From Mobula hypostoma (lineage: Eukaryota), in assembly GCF_963921235.1 (NCBI RefSeq), contig NC_086118.1, positions 29,638,001 through 29,702,000 of the forward strand: a stretch of DNA of 64,000 nt, given 5' to 3'. The position numbers and the translations under genes were made by a program. This document shows positions 12,982 through 28,332 of the stretch, piece by piece (position 1 is the stretch's first letter; each line of letters opens with the position of its first letter). The notes below the pieces were generated by a model that made no database searches, had not been told where the DNA came from, and saw only the letters and a program-made list of their open reading frames with translations.

Positions 12982-15944
12982 TCTTCCCACTTACAGATCT
13001 CTATGCTGGACTCCATAGGTAGTTGATGCCACTTAGAATTCCTAGCCACAGCAATTTTGTCCAAGTTCCAAATAACATCCTACATTGGCAGTTTCTTCCA
13101 ACATTATCACGAGCATTTGATCTTATCTATACTCTAATGGTGTATATTGTATTAGGTTGGCTATAGAGTTGATATTGCTTCTTTGTTTAGTGTAACAGAA
13201 TTATATACTGGAAAACTCTGCCAGACAGCATATTTCTGTAAAGTCAATAGTACTTTGATTAAAGCATTCGAGGCACCAGTTCACCAAAAACAAAACGCAA
13301 GCCCGGAGTACAGTATTAAAACACACATAAGAAAAACAAACTGCTGCAGGAACTCAGAGGGTCACCAACAGTTTATCGTTTTTTTTTGCTCATCCCAGTA
13401 TCTGCAGTCTTGAGTCATTTAAAAAGAAATAACTTGAGCCAAACAAGACAGCCTGAATGAATAACATTTTCTAGCTTATGCAGTCTGGTAGTTAAGCATC
13501 AGACAAACAATTTAATAACTGGGAACGAGCAAATATTTTTGTGGAGCAAATGAAACATATAAAATCAAGATTCTGACTCCACTGTTAAGACTCGTGGGGA
13601 AATTAACTGTTTTAAGATTGTAAAGTGCTAAGTCAATGCAGCATAAAAAAGGCACCTTTAGAATTATAAGTTATTTTTGATTGGCTTCAAACATTAACAC
13701 CTGGAACATTTTCTACTATTATGAATGCAAAGACATTTCAAGATTAAACCAAATGGACTATTCTGAAGATAACTTAGCTGAATCAATTAAAGCCTCTTTC
13801 AAGAAGAATAAGTTTTTATAAAGAATAATATAACCAAGTATATTATAAATTACATACAACTATTAAATAAATTTACAGCATTTTCACATGAGCTATTTTC
13901 CAATCTTATTTAAATCTTTATTAAAAATAGCTCATCATACACCATCTCTAAAACAATTGCTTCACTTTCATAAGATACGGATTTTAAAAGCTTAGGTGAA
14001 GTGTCCGATGGTTTATTTATTTAAAAAACTGAAACACTTCCTAAATCACATCTAACTGAAATTGGCCCTTCTCAAATTCAACTATTTTTGTAACAAGAAC
14101 AGACCAGGCCCAAATAACTAGAATCAAAGATGGGTAAATAAAACCGTAACTGAACAATGGGAAGCCTTTAAAGAGATGATCAGATAGAGCCCAAGTATGT
14201 ACGAGAGAAAGGGAGTATATTGAAAGCCGGAGCTCTCCAGATGATCAGAGATGAAGTACAGCAGCAAGAAATTATATTTAATAGATACCAAGTTGATGAC
14301 ACAATACAGAATTAAGCTCTTGAAGTTTAGTTGGGCAATTAGAAAACAAAAAAATGAAAGCAAAGTACAAAAAAAAATCAAAATCAAACATGAAAAGGAA
14401 TCAAACAATTTACCAATGTCATGTGATTATGAACAGACAGTAGGAATAAAGCAGGAATACATCAGGAATCAAATCAAAACAGATGGAATCATGGAGCATG
14501 AATAAAGCACTAAATGAATGTCTTACAATAAGACCTTACCAAAGAAAAAATATACAGTTGGTATCAACAAGAGAATTGTAGTAATGAATGGATTAAGAAC
14601 TGGTGAACAGGAAGCTGGATAATTAGTTTAAAACAGATAAATCACCTGGGGTGCCTCCTTGTCTGCTGTGAAAAAAAATAGCAGAATTATAGTCTTCCAA
14701 ATGTCAGTACATATGAGCACGTAGGAAGAGGACTGAAAACTTCCAAATGTTACACCTGCATTCAAATGGTGCAAGGATAAAACCAGTTGCTAAAGGCTTA
14801 ATCCACATTTGCTCATGATCCCTCATCACCAAGGTTCAACTGACTAAGTAAGGAAAAGCAGAATATTTCTCTTAGAAGAAAATCATGCTTTGAGACATGA
14901 GAGTAGGGAGGGGAAATGCAGTTGAACTGGAATACCGTGGATTCCAGTTAATTGGGATCAGTACATTTTGACCCAATTAAGCCAAAGTTTGATGGAAATA
15001 ATTAAAAATGTATAAAAAAGACAAACTATCACTTAACTGAGTAACAATTTATGCAGTTAAGTGAAATACAGAACAAATGAGAACACTACCAATTCTACTA
15101 CAGTACTACATCGGGAAGGGGAAGCTGAAACACCTTGGTATGTCAAATTGTCAGGTGAATGATTAATTTTTGTTGTACTGCACATCGTGGTCTTTCTTGA
15201 GTGCTTTGCCATTGCTTGCTTGGTGGGTGGAGGATGCTGATGCTTTTTTTGATGAAGTGTAAGTGGGGGTGGGGTAGGGTCATTGCTTTGCTGCTGCTTG
15301 TGTGTGGGAGGGGAGGAGTGGGGGGCCTTTGGGGTTCTAACACGTTTATTGTCACATGTTCTTTGGGATACTCTTCTGTTTTTGTGGATGTCTGCAGAGA
15401 ACAAGAATTATACAAGTTTTCTGATATCAAATGGAAATTCCAAATATGTAGACAGCACAAAATATGAAAGCAAAATGAACTGCGAGGAGGATAAAAGAGA
15501 CTAGTGAAATAAGAGAAAATTTAACAAAGAAATTTGAAAATTATTACTTTTTATAGGGAGAAACAAATGCAAATTCACCCTTGGCTTCAAAGAGCAAAGG
15601 GATCAGTATGCAAAAGAAAGCAAGGATAGCCAATGAAAATTTGAGTCCTCAACCGCAAATGAAAACAACATGCGTTTCCAAGGAACCTGTATACTTGCAT
15701 ATGAATTATTTAAAGTAGCTAGACAAGTGAAGATGGTAGTTATAAACAATCCAGACTCTAGGTTTTAGTATTTTGTGAATATAGTACATGAGCAAGAAAC
15801 TCATTATAACTGCCACCTTCTGTTGCAATTAGGCTGCAACAGAGTTTCCGTGCAGAATTCTGTGCATTATTATGATTCAGGAAAAATAAGACAGTCTTAG
15901 AAAAATGAAGGATTTACATGAATAAAATGTATGAGGATGTGTAA

Positions 15945-16545
15945 CTTGTTTAGGGAAACAATTGTGGACTTCAGGAAGGGGAAATCATGAAGATACACAT
16001 GAAACCTCAGTGAGGAGTCAATGTTGGAAAGAGCGAGCAGTTTCAAGCTCCTGGCCGTCACTATCTGAGGATCCATCTTGGGCCCAATACATTGATGCAA
16101 TCACAAAGAAACCACACCAGCAGCTCTACTTCATTAAGAACTTGAGGAGATTTAGTATGTCACCAAAGATTCTCGCAAATTTCTACAGATGTACGGCACA
16201 GAATATTCAAACTGGTTGCATCACAGCCTGGTATGTGCAGGATCAAAAAGGATACAGCAGGTTATAGTCTCGGCCAGTTTCATCACGGACAAAACCCTCA
16301 AATGGCATCCATCATCAAGGATCCTCATCATCCAGGATATGATCTTTCATTGTTTCTAGGTAGTAAAGGAACCTGAAGACCCATACTCTATGCTTTAAGA
16401 ACAGCTTCTTCTCATCCACCATCACACTACCTCATTAGTCATCTTTTGCACTGGTGATGTATAACAATTTTTTATGGCTTCCACTGTATTAATACCACAA
16501 AATAACAAATTCCACAACTTGTCAATGATAATATATCTGCTTTGA
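15945..16545 (+). mobile_element. Rex1/Babar-type LINE 3' fragment within old CR1
   Basis: SWAQYIDAITKKPHQQLYFIKNLRRFSMSPKILANFYRCT...TGCITAWY. Confidence 0.8.
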
Positions 16546-17737
16546 TTAGCAGTGGCTGAAAAAGACCTGATAGGAGACCTTTAAAAAAAAAATCATAAAG
16601 TTTCTTTCAAAGTAGATTAAACTGATCCAACAACTATGGGGGAAATACCAGAGGGCATGATGTAAAAGCAAATGACAAAAGAATCAATTGACATAGAGAA
16701 AATATTCCCTTAAAACATACTTCTATCACTTACCCTGTCCCCACCCCCACCCCCACCAAGGACAGCAGTTGATCTCAATGTGAAATACTTTACCAAGAGA
16801 GTAATGAAGGCAGATTCGATCATGCCTTCAAAAGAAACAGGATAAATATTTCAAAGCAAAAACACTACAGGAGGATAAAGGAGTGAAACTGGCTAGATTG
16901 ATCTTGCATAGAGTTGGCTTGGACAATATGCTGAAAGGTTACGTTCTACACCGTAATATGTGATTTGCTATTTAATCAATCAGAAGTAGATCGGTTTTGT
17001 TAACTAAGACAAAGCCACAGAACGTAGGTTTTTCTGAGACAACCACAATATCCCCAAGAGGACATATATAACAATTACAAACAATTTAATTTGGGGAAGG
17101 ATACAATAAATGTTTCACGAAACACCCCTCTCCATTTTAAGTCTACAACCTTACTTTATAAGCGTCTGAACATTCAGTATTATTTCAATTGCATTTGCTG
17201 CTTTGCTTTCACTCAATTATTAGAAATACTTTTCTGATTATCATAATACCATCTATACAAATGTTATCATGGAGCAGTGGGAGAGGAGCAATGGCAAGCA
17301 CACCATACCACAGTGATTACACTTTCACATAAAGGCAACCCCTGCATTATAAAAGGAAGGAGGAATTGGAAAACAATCTGTATTGCAATTTTCAGTCGAA
17401 GAAAATTGTTTATTTATTTTCCATCCACCTAGAATTCAGTAAGAATGAATTTTATTCCATAACTCCTGATTAAGGGTCTTGATCTGAAACATCAGCTCTT
17501 TATTTCTTTCCTTAGATGGTGTTCCTGCTGAGTTCCTCCACCATTTTGTGTGCATTACTCTGGATTTCTAGCATCTGGAGAATGTCATGTTTGTATTTTA
17601 TTCCTCAAATTTTTGAGTAGAGATGTGGGAATTACTCAAGGGCAAATTTCTGTTAGCTGACTAGCCATGGGTTGGGGGGGGGGGGAGGGATCACCTGTAC
17701 AAAAATCATAGCCAAACAATATACCAGATTATATAGG

Positions 17738-18925
17738 CAGCCAAAATGGAAAGATGTGCTTAGTGGTGGGATCGCTTTGGAGATGGTGGAAGTTACGGAG
17801 AATTATGTGCTGGACGAGGAGGCTGGTGGGGTGGTAGGTGAGGACAAGAGGAACTCTATTGTTGGTGGGGTGGCAGGAGAATGGGGTGAGCACAGACGTG
17901 CACAAAATGGAAGAGATGCGGTTGAGGGCAGCATTGATGGTGGAGGAAGGGAAGCCCCTTTCTTTGAAGGAGAAGGACATCCACTTCATTATGGATTAAA
18001 AAGCCTCACCCTAAGAGTAGATGTGGCGGAGACAGGGGAATTGAGAAAAGGGGATGACATTTTTACAAACAGGATGGAAAGAGGTAGCTGTGAAAGTTAG
18101 TGGGTGCATAATCAACATCAGTAGACGAGCTGACACCAGAGACAGAGATAAAGAGATCGAGAAAGGGGAGGGAGGTGTCGGAAATGGTCCAGGTAAATAT
18201 GAGGGCAGGGTGAAAGCTGGAGGCAAAGTTGATGAAGTCGACGAGCTCCGCATGGGTTCAGGAAGCAATACCAGTGCAGTCGTTGATGTAGCACAGGAAA
18301 AGTTGAAGGGTGACACCAGTGTAGGTTTGAAACATAGATTGTTCCACGTAGCCGACAAAAAGGCAGGCATAGCTGGGACCCATGCGAGTGCCCATGGCTA
18401 CATTTGTTATTTCAAGAAAATGGGAGGAGATGAATGAGAAATTATTGAGAGTGAGAACAAATTCTGCCAGACAGAGGAGAATGGTGTTGGACGGGGAACG
18501 GGGAACTTGTTGGGTCTACTGCCCAGAATGAAACGAGGAGCTCCGAAGCCTTCCTGGTGAGGGATGGAGGTGTATAGCGACTGGATACCCTTAGTGAAAA
18601 ATAAGATGCTCTGAGCCAGGGAACCGGAGGGAGGTGGGGAATAAAACTGAGTCAAGGTATGCAAATATGAGTTCAGTGGGGCAGAAACAACCTGGACAGG
18701 CAGGTTTGTGGATCTTGGGCAGGAGGTAGAAACGGGAGGTGCGGAATGCAGGAACTATGAGGTTGGTTGCAGTAGATGAGAGATCCCTAGAGTTAATAGA
18801 GACAGTGACGTTGTGGGAGACAATAGCCTAGTGTTCCTTAGTGGGAACTTGTTCTAAGGGCAAGTAAGAGGAGACGTCAGACAATTGTCACTGAGCCTCA
18901 GCAAGGTAAAGACTGCCAGACTACT
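17738..18925 (-). mobile_element. Penelope-like element RT region, degenerate
   Basis: Minus-strand peptides such as VAMGTRMGPSYACLFVGYVEQSMF, FINFASSFHPALIFTWTISDTSLPFLD, RVPLVLTYHPTSL, IQSLYTSIPHQEG. Confidence 0.88.
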
Positions 18926-20039
18926 ACAACCTGGAGAAACATGTTTTAATTTGTGAAGAGACAAGAACAATGGGAATAACTGCCAATACTATGGTTACTT
19001 TGACAACTTGGCTCTGCAAGGTTTCATTGACATTGCCTGCTTTTTTCTTCCACAGCACTCCTTTCTGCAATTTAAAGAAAGCGTGTATTCCGACTTTTAC
19101 ATTTTCGATGACTGGTTCCTGATTGAAATCTTTCACTTTGCTTCTCTCTCCATGGATGTTGCCCAACTTGAGCGTGCCTGTTTTTGTTTGAGTTCCAGCA
19201 TCTGCTGTTTTTTCTCCAATTATTTGATCTGTGGGGGCTACCCCATCTAACATCATGCTCTAGGTCCCAGAAATCCGATCTACTATTCATGTCAGAGGCC
19301 AACAATAATAGATATGAAAACAGAAACACTTGTATTTTATTAGAAGTTAATAATTTAAATGAAATTAAGAGATTAACTGCTACAAAACAATGTTTTCAAT
19401 TTAAACATCATGATTAAACAATTTAAACACCTTGCATAAATTAAGGGGTGAATAAAATAATTTTTTGGCAAGTCTCCAAGTAAAACCTGATCAGATTTAG
19501 CAGCATGTATTCAAGAAAAGCACACTTTTGTGATGTATCTGCAGTTTTAGTTCTACATATGGCATCTCAATTTAAAAAATATACATTTCTATTGAAAGTA
19601 GAAGAGACACAGCTAAACCCAAAGAAACGTTGCATTTTCCCTTAGGTGCTCCGTGATGAAGTTTTATAGCACATTCAGCTAGCTCTTTCAAAAATAACTA
19701 GTGCTAATATTATACTGCTGCCTTAAGGCTTTATTAAAGTTTTATTCTTAACAGCTGCCAATCCAATTATTTTCAGTTCCAGAAGACTTAACACAATTCA
19801 ATTCAAATACATTGCAAGCCACATATTTAAGATAGCAATGTGTTTAGTAAGGATTTGTATATAACCATACAACAATTACAGCACGGAAACAGGCCATCTC
19901 GGCCCTTCTAGTCCATGCCGAACTCTTACTCTCACCTAGTCCCACCGACCTGCACTATTATGGAATTTTGACCATTAAAGACTTCAGGAAGCGGGGCAGG
20001 GTACACACCCATCTCAATCAATTATGCTGTGAAGTAAAT

Positions 20040-20702
20040 AGTTAAGAGTTTAAGATCTTAGGTGTAAATGTTGCCAACAACTTTTGATGGTCCAACCACG
20101 TGGATGCTATGGCCAAGAAAGCACACCAGCATCTCTCTCTCCCCCCAGTAGGAGGAAATTCAACCCTCACTATTTTTAAAGATGCAACATAGAAAGCATT
20201 GCATTTGCATGCATCACAGGTTGGTATGGCAACTGCTCTGCTCAAGACTCAAGAATTGCAAACAGTTGCGAAAGCAGCCCAGTCTATCCTGCGAACCAGG
20301 CTGCATTGAATCCATCTACACTTCCCTCTGTCTAAGGAAAGCAGTCTACATAATTAAGAACCCCTCCCAACCCCATCATTCTCTCTTCTTCTGCCTTCCA
20401 TCAGGCAGAAGATAACAAATTTTCGATGATACGTACCAAGAGGCTCAGGGAAAGATTCTATTCCTTGTTATAAGATTCTTAAATGGACCTCTTACACAAT
20501 AAAGGTACACTATTTATCTCTCAATCTACCACTTCATTACCTGAACTGCACTTGCTCTGTAAATGCAACACTCTACTCTGCATTCTACTGCTTTCTTTTT
20601 GTACTCCCTTGACGCACTTACGTATGAAATGACTGTTTAGATGGCATGCAAACAAATGATTTTCATTGTGTCTCGGTACATTTGACAATAATAAAGCAAT
20701 TA
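20040..20702 (+). mobile_element. Rex1/Babar-type LINE 3' fragment
   Basis: WSNHVDAMAKKAHQHL and LPSGRR motifs, aataataaa tail. Similar 3' ends at ~22960-23457, 34895-35280, 37470-37850, 50080-50380. Confidence 0.75.
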
Positions 20703-23700
20703 CCAATTAGAAGCAGTTGTATTACCAATCTACAACAATATTCTGAAACTACTCAATAATTATCTACAATATAAAGCTGTAGCATAAAGATTAAGTGAAA
20801 ATAAAAAAGTACTGCAAATGCTTGACTTAAAAGTCAGTGCCAGTCTGTGTGGATCGGTAATAATGTCTCCTCCTTGCTAACAATCAACACAGGAACACCT
20901 CAAAGATAGGTGCTTTGCCCACTGTTCTAGCCCCTCTCCACTCACAACACATAGTCAGTGATTAAAAAAAAACTGGTTATAATTTAAAATAAAAACAGAA
21001 ATCGATGGAAATGCTTTGCAAGTCAGACTAAATCAGTAGTAAGCAAACCAGAACTAACATTCCAGGTCCAAGTACAGACAGTCTTCAACCTGAAATGTCA
21101 ACTTTGTTTCTATTCCCACAGCCTAACCTACTTGATATTCTGAGCATTTTCTGTCTGTTAAGCATCAACATGCAGTCCAAAGATTTAAAACCTGTGATAT
21201 ACACCAAGCTACCTCAAAATCAAGGTCCATAAAAACAGCTTCATTCACAAAATATGGAACAGAATCCAAATGTTTTATATCAAAGTAATGAAAAAATCAG
21301 TTAAGTACCTGCTTGAGTAGACAAAAAAATGCTGACATTGCAAAAATAGTAAATATTTTGTAAACTATCAAGTCTTTTGGTACATTGAAGGCAGTGAGTT
21401 GCAGAACTGTTATATAAAAATATTACATGCACAACCCAGGTGTTTAAACTTATCCCACTTCACCTCATATTTACCTCACCTGCTTTTTTCTGAAATTATT
21501 CAGCTAAGTGCATCATTGTAATTTAAGCAGAGGATCATGAAATGTCATTATTTACAATATGTTGGAGCACTTTTCCTTTTACCAATTGGATGTGAATTTT
21601 ATTTCCAAAAATCTTGGAGCTCAGCAATGCTTTAGAGCACATTAAGATCATCAAATATTACATGACAGTTGAATTTAATTCCACATCATGGGAATTGCAC
21701 TTTCAAACAGCACTGCCATCAGATGGCAAAGTACAGTGAGGCACAGCGAGGGAAAAGGGAAAGAAATAGCAGGAGAGTATGTTGATTAATATGAAAAGCG
21801 GACCATTCCCAAACTACTGACATCCCTTAGTTGTGAGGAATGCTGCACAAGCTGCAATACAATTCTCTAGCTCCAAACAGATTAAATTCCCCACCGTTAG
21901 GAGCTGTTCACAGAAGTCATATCACAAGAGAAAACATACATTAAAGGTCAGGCAGTTGACCATATTAGAGGATAAAAAGACCGAACACTGAAGCACATAT
22001 TCTAGCATTTACTGAGATTAAATTACTTGGCACTTAACACCAAGGGAAAAATAAAGATGTAAAACAAAATTAACTCAGGAAAAAAAACAGGAATTAAACA
22101 GAAAGAAATTAAATCTTGTAAGTACAATTCTATCAGTGCCAGACTGCTGCCCCCACAGAACATTATTGTGTCCAGATTACTAGATAAGCAATTCTGAAGA
22201 TGTCAACTCTGCCAGTACACAAAGAGGCAATAGAAAATCAGTTACAAATTATATCCTGCCTAATTTTCTTTACAAGGAAACCAATTTGTCCACAGCTCTT
22301 TATCCAGTACAACTCTTCCACTGAATGCTTTAACTATTTAAATTGATTTAGTAAAGTATCTTTCAAATATGCCAATGGAATTTGGTGGCAAGTGAAGTAA
22401 AACCTGAACTCATTACTAGTTATCTAACCTGAATAGCTTAATCCTATCTTTATATAAAAACAGCAGACATATAGAAACTGTGTCAGAATACTTTGCATAT
22501 TCAGCTTGTATTATGCTCAGAAAATGCACTGTGTATTTCCTGACCTGATTTCCTTTACATCATAATATGGTTTTGCAACAGATGTGATGCGGCAAACCAC
22601 TAACACAAGGCGACTGTAAGGCCTTTAACGTATTTAAATTTAGAGAATGAGACAACACATCAGAGTACGCAACTCAAATGAAATTAAAACTAAAAAGGGA
22701 TTGTTTCGGGGGAGGGGAGATTTGTAATTTATTTCTATTTGGGGAAACAAATTAGCTTATTTTTCTAAATTCTTCTTAATTAAATGAGGAAATAATCCTA
22801 TTTGTTATAATAGGGACTTCCCAACTAAAATCGGTTCATAATTTCTTCTCAAATGCCTGTATTTGTCTCAGTCAATCCACTTTGGGATTCTGTCAAAACA
22901 CACAGCTAAGAGGTGTTAGGTAACCACAAGATTCAAATTAGCAGATTCAAAACACACAGTATATCAAAATAACATTCCCAATGCCAAGGTACAAACAACG
23001 CCTATAGGAAGTGGTCAAAACAGCCCAGAAACAAGCAAAACCCTCCCCATCATGGAAAGCTACCACGTAAAGGCAGATAAATCAAAGACCCCCACCAACC
23101 AGGTCTGCCCTCTTCTCACTACTACCTGAATGCAAGAGGTACAGAAGCCCAAGGCCTCACCTCCAGGCTCAAGAACGGTTATTATCCAACAATGATGTGG
23201 CTCTTGAACCGCTGCGGATAGTTAAATTCACCACTATTTTGAACTGATTCTTCGACCTAAATACTTACTTTCAAGAACTCTTTCCAACTCATGCTCTCAG
23301 TATTGTTTTTATTTGCACAGTTTGTCTTCTTCTGCACATTGGCATTTGTCATGTATAGTTTTTGGTAAAATTTTTAACGTATTTCTTTCTTTTGAGAAAG
23401 CAAATGTCAAGGTAGTATATGGCAACATAACTTTTCACAACTTTGCTTTGAACTTTGAAATAATATTCATTTGCTATCAATCTGTAATCTCCATTCTGAA
23501 AGCTGTAACTTCAGATAAGAAGCATGTAGCAAAACTGTAAGACTTCTCAATGTAATGAGTTAAAAATATTTCCTTAAGTTCCTTAACACTGCATTGTTAC
23601 TGCAATACAATTAACACAGCCTTTTTTGTCTAAGCGCTGCCAACTCTCTCTAGATAGCTCTAACTGGTGCATTTTTGATACTAACAGGATTAAGATTTAC

Positions 23701-26700
23701 AAACTGCATGTCAACTGTAAATGGAGCCATTAAGCTGTAGGAGTTGAATTGCCTTGTGCAATATTTAGAAAAATTCCTTTTAGCTAACAAAAACTGCTTA
23801 AGGATAAAGCTTAGTCAGCAATCCTACCACAGAGCAGAAAGTGACTGAACTTTATAAACAGTTGTCACACAATGTGCAGCTGTTTTTATTAGCTGACAAT
23901 ACATTCATGTAGTTGCTGATAAAAAAAATGCAGATCAGAAGACAGTAAAATATTCAACTTAAATAACTAGTTAATGGGCTAGAAAAACTAAATGGGTTTT
24001 GCTGAACAGGTTTTAAACCAGTCAGCCACACAAACACCCTTTTATTTAAATAGTTAAGATTATTGGAACTACTTCAGAAAAATGAAGTTGTAATACCTGT
24101 ACCCAAATGGACACATAAATTCACTTGAACTCCTCTGCTGAAAATGAACTGTCCCTTATACAATTATGCCATGAATGTTGAAATATAAACATTGGCTGAT
24201 AAGTTTATATTATCATTGTTTTATCCCCATTTTTTTCTTACTGAACCCTCACTGACTCTTTTGTATCACATCTTGAACTTTCATAAAGATGTGATTAAAA
24301 AAAAGAATAGTATAATATTCTACTTGTGAACTACAATGAATTAGCTAATCTGGCAATCACAGGGATCCATAACTGTCATCAACTATGACTCTAAGTGATA
24401 TACTAATGGCATCTATACACAGACAGGTTTGCACTCTAATTCAATAAACCACACCTCTATAGAAACCAATGCACCAGAGAGTGGAACAAAATGTCATGCC
24501 AAAGCAAGAACCATGTGTCTGCTGCAATTAACTGGCAAGTTTTAATGTTAATTTTCAATTTTCAAGATTAGCCAGACTATAATTTGCAGGTGCAGAAAAC
24601 TTTCACACTTTCAAAATCAATATGTTAAGCATTAATCCCCAACACTATTATACTGCTAATAATTAAATAGACCCCAGATTATAGTACTTTGTTTAAAAAT
24701 ACTGCCATTCAATAAAGCGTAGCTCTAAATCAAACCAATATTCTACTACTGTACTGACTTCAATTAATCTTACAAATTTTGCAAATATAGATAGTATTAC
24801 TTCTGTGGACCATCAATCTAAATCTGGTATAACCTTTTAGCCACAAGGAACTACTGTAAAATAAAACACCTTAAAATACATTATTACAAATCACTTGCCA
24901 ATGATCTCCAGTTATTAGCTTTAGATATTCAGCATACTTGACTATGGGACATACCTATCCCAGCATGCAAAGTCAGCATCGGTGGACTGGACAGATGAGA
25001 TTGTCAGTGAGATCTAATGGCCAGGAAGGCAGTTCCGCAGCTCTCCGCGGACAGTGAAGGACATGGTAAGGCACAGAAAATGTCATGGCTGCCTACTGCA
25101 ACCAAGGAGGTCTCCAGTTGTGACAATCACTCATAAAAACTGGAATAGGGCTTCTGAGGTTGAGAGAGATGACCTGCCCCAATACAATGGCTTTTCCACT
25201 TTATAAGCTTTCCTGAACAGGTTTCTATCATCATCGACAAAATCAACAATCAACATACTTGACTATATGAGTCTCTCTTCCATCTGCCTGTACAGGGTTA
25301 CACACTAACAAATCAAAAACCAGAATAAAAACTGATACAAGTTAATCAAAAGTTATTGTTCATGACATACTAACAAATAAGTTTGATTTTACAACAATCA
25401 TGCTTAATCTTCACAGAATCTCTTCCTCAAAAACAGACATTTCAACGTCAAGCATCACTCACATACCCTGCATAGCCATGATATTCAAGAAATCCTAGCT
25501 GCCCATTACAACTACATTTCAAAAGTATTTAGACTTTAATTTCCTGAGACATGCAGACATTAAGAATGCCATCTTCCTATTCAGACGGAATATATAAAAA
25601 ACATACACAAAGATAACCTATTCTACTTTTCTCTCCATTGTGTGTTCTTTGGTTATTGTTGATAAATAATGGGCATTAATGCATTCTTATTAAGGTACAT
25701 AAAATACAAAAAGGCATAAATGTTAAACTTCTATTTTTAAAACAGCTCATGCTCAAATTTAATGAGTTTATTTTAATGCTTATATGACAATGAGATTACA
25801 GTCTAAACTGCACGTCAGTAAAGATAGCATGGCTTGTGGTTTACATCCTGCTATAACTCTTAGAGAGCGGATTTCTAAGTCACAGATGAACCCCTGAGAG
25901 AAATTCAGCCTTGAACTCAATTAAATGCTGGAAATATGATCCCCTTCCTCTAACCATCCAGTTTAACTAAAATGAGAACACAGCTAGGTGCAAATAACTG
26001 TCACATCCCTGAAAAATGAAAGCATTCCTTTTGCAAGTGCTGCTTAAAATTTTGAAGGGTGGAGGTCTGTGAGATTGCAAGAAAAGGCTCCTTTCTAAAA
26101 AAAAAAAGGCACCCAAGGTGCAACAGAGATTGCTGGGAACAAATTTCTCTTACTTCCGCATTTGTATGAGGCAACAAGGCTATTCACAACCTCAGAACGT
26201 CTCAAGGCATATAGCTTTAAAAATGTAGTTATCGTAGTAATGTGGATAACTTGGGCAAATGAATTGACCCAACTGATACTTACAAATGAAGATACAGAGT
26301 GGAATAAGGGAATCCATATCCTGTTAGCCCCCATAAATGCCATTAAATCTAAACCCCTGTATTTAGTTAAATAAATTAGTATGTACAACAAACAAAATAT
26401 TGGTGCCCACTGTCATGAAATGCTCCCTTACATAGACTGGAGATGAAAATTAACATGTTTTAAAACATTTTCAGATCATTACTCATTTGAAAATATATAA
26501 TTTAACAAAAGTACATAACCATTTAAATGTGAAAAAACAATATGTTATTGGCATTGCATAGCCAATTCCTCCGAGGACCAGATGACTTTCCTAATTACTA
26601 CCATTAAAAATGTCATAATTTTCTGTTATATTTTAAGATCAGTATAACATCCACTGCTGCAATCATAATGTGATGAGAAACAGAGTACACAAATTTTGCC

Positions 26701-28269
26701 AACTTGCATTGTGTTCTTGACACAAGACTATTCTACCAAGAGAAAGAGACTTAATGTAAAAAAAAATTCATGTAACACAAAATTAAGCAATGTTCTGTAA
26801 TTTGCAAATCTTATATTTTTACCCAAAAACTTAACAGGACAAATCTATTTAAATAGAAACCTGCAAATACATATATCTTTTTAATGTAAAATCTGAAATT
26901 CTACAAAATAGGCTGTGCACCTAACATCATAAAATAATAAAAACTGAACCAAGTGCAACTGCTGTATGACAGTGCAGCAAAAATAGCTACTAAAATAAAT
27001 AACAGAATCTGGAACAATCCAGCTAAAATCATCAACCTGAAAGAATATTCTCCTAAGGGACACAAGGACAGCTGCATTGTAACATAACGGTTATTCAGTG
27101 AAGAACCAGGATTCTGTTACACCAGGCAGACAGAATTAGAACACTGGAAAAAATAACACTCTAATCACTACACTATATTAAGGGAAAACTGTCAAATCAT
27201 TGGTTTCCTTGCAGATTCTTTTCACCAGTTTAAATCCCAACTAAACTAAGTTGAAATAATAGCCATCTCTTTGTATCAACATACAAGAAAGTTTCTATAA
27301 AGGCTACTAACATAATTCCATAGTTATCTGAAAGAAAGTGATTTAATCATTGTATATTTTGTTTTAATCACCACATAGTAGATAAGATCCAAATGAATAT
27401 GGACATCTAAGATATTTTGCTCACAAAATACTATTAAAATGTTGAATTCTAGCATTTGAGACAAAATCCTTCAAGAAAGCTGCTTACTTCACTTATTAAT
27501 CTCTTTTTCAACATTCACTCAAAATACTTACTTTACTCTCTGCTTTAAAGTTGCCAATAATTCAAGTTATCAACACTGTACAAACCTAAGCTTTCATACT
27601 TTAAAACTGGAACATATTTTGTAGCAAATATACTAATTTTAACAAGGGTAGGTTTTGAACTGCAAACTATATCTTAAAAAATATCACCTGCCTTTGATAA
27701 AAGACATTGTCTATGAAAATCCTTATTAGATTTCAATGCTCCTTGCAGCCCAGACAGATTGAATTATGTAATTGCCTGAAGAATCACTTTTGCAAGCTTA
27801 CTTGAATTTTAATTCAAAAATCAGGAAAGCATGCATGTATGTTTCTGGCTCAGAAATGTTATTATGAATTAGTTGTACATATATTCCATCAAATGTCTGT
27901 AACACAAAGACAATTTGGTTTAAGCTTCCATCCAGAATCGTTACATTTCAGAGACCACGGATTTTTTTTATATATAGATCAACATAGCCAAAGAATCCTT
28001 CGTTTTATTAAGTACAATTCCTTGATTTTCTGGCATACTTTCAGCAAAGTACTGTATTGGAGTTAGACAGCAAAACTATTTGTGCATATATTTTGACAAG
28101 GAGCTAAAATAAAAACTGTTAATCTAGTGCAGGAAACTAAGTTACGTCCAAAATAGCGCAGACCTAAATAGCACACGATTGTGTCAATTATTTACCACGT
28201 AACGTGCGTGGGCATAATTATATTTGCCGTCGGTCTAGAAAAACATGAAACTGAAATGTTTCTACTCAC

Positions 28270-28332
28270 TGTCATAACAAGTTCAAAAGGATGTTTGTAA
28301 ACCCTGACGGGCGACTGATATTTCTGTACCAT
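28270..28332 (-). CDS. SEC14L1: SEC14-like protein 1, first coding exon
   Basis: 63 bp MVQKYQSPVRVYKHPFELVMT then gtgagt donor. Strong Kozak (AAACG ATG G). Joins in frame to 3337. Acceptor tcttccttcccag upstream at ~28358. Confidence 0.93.
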
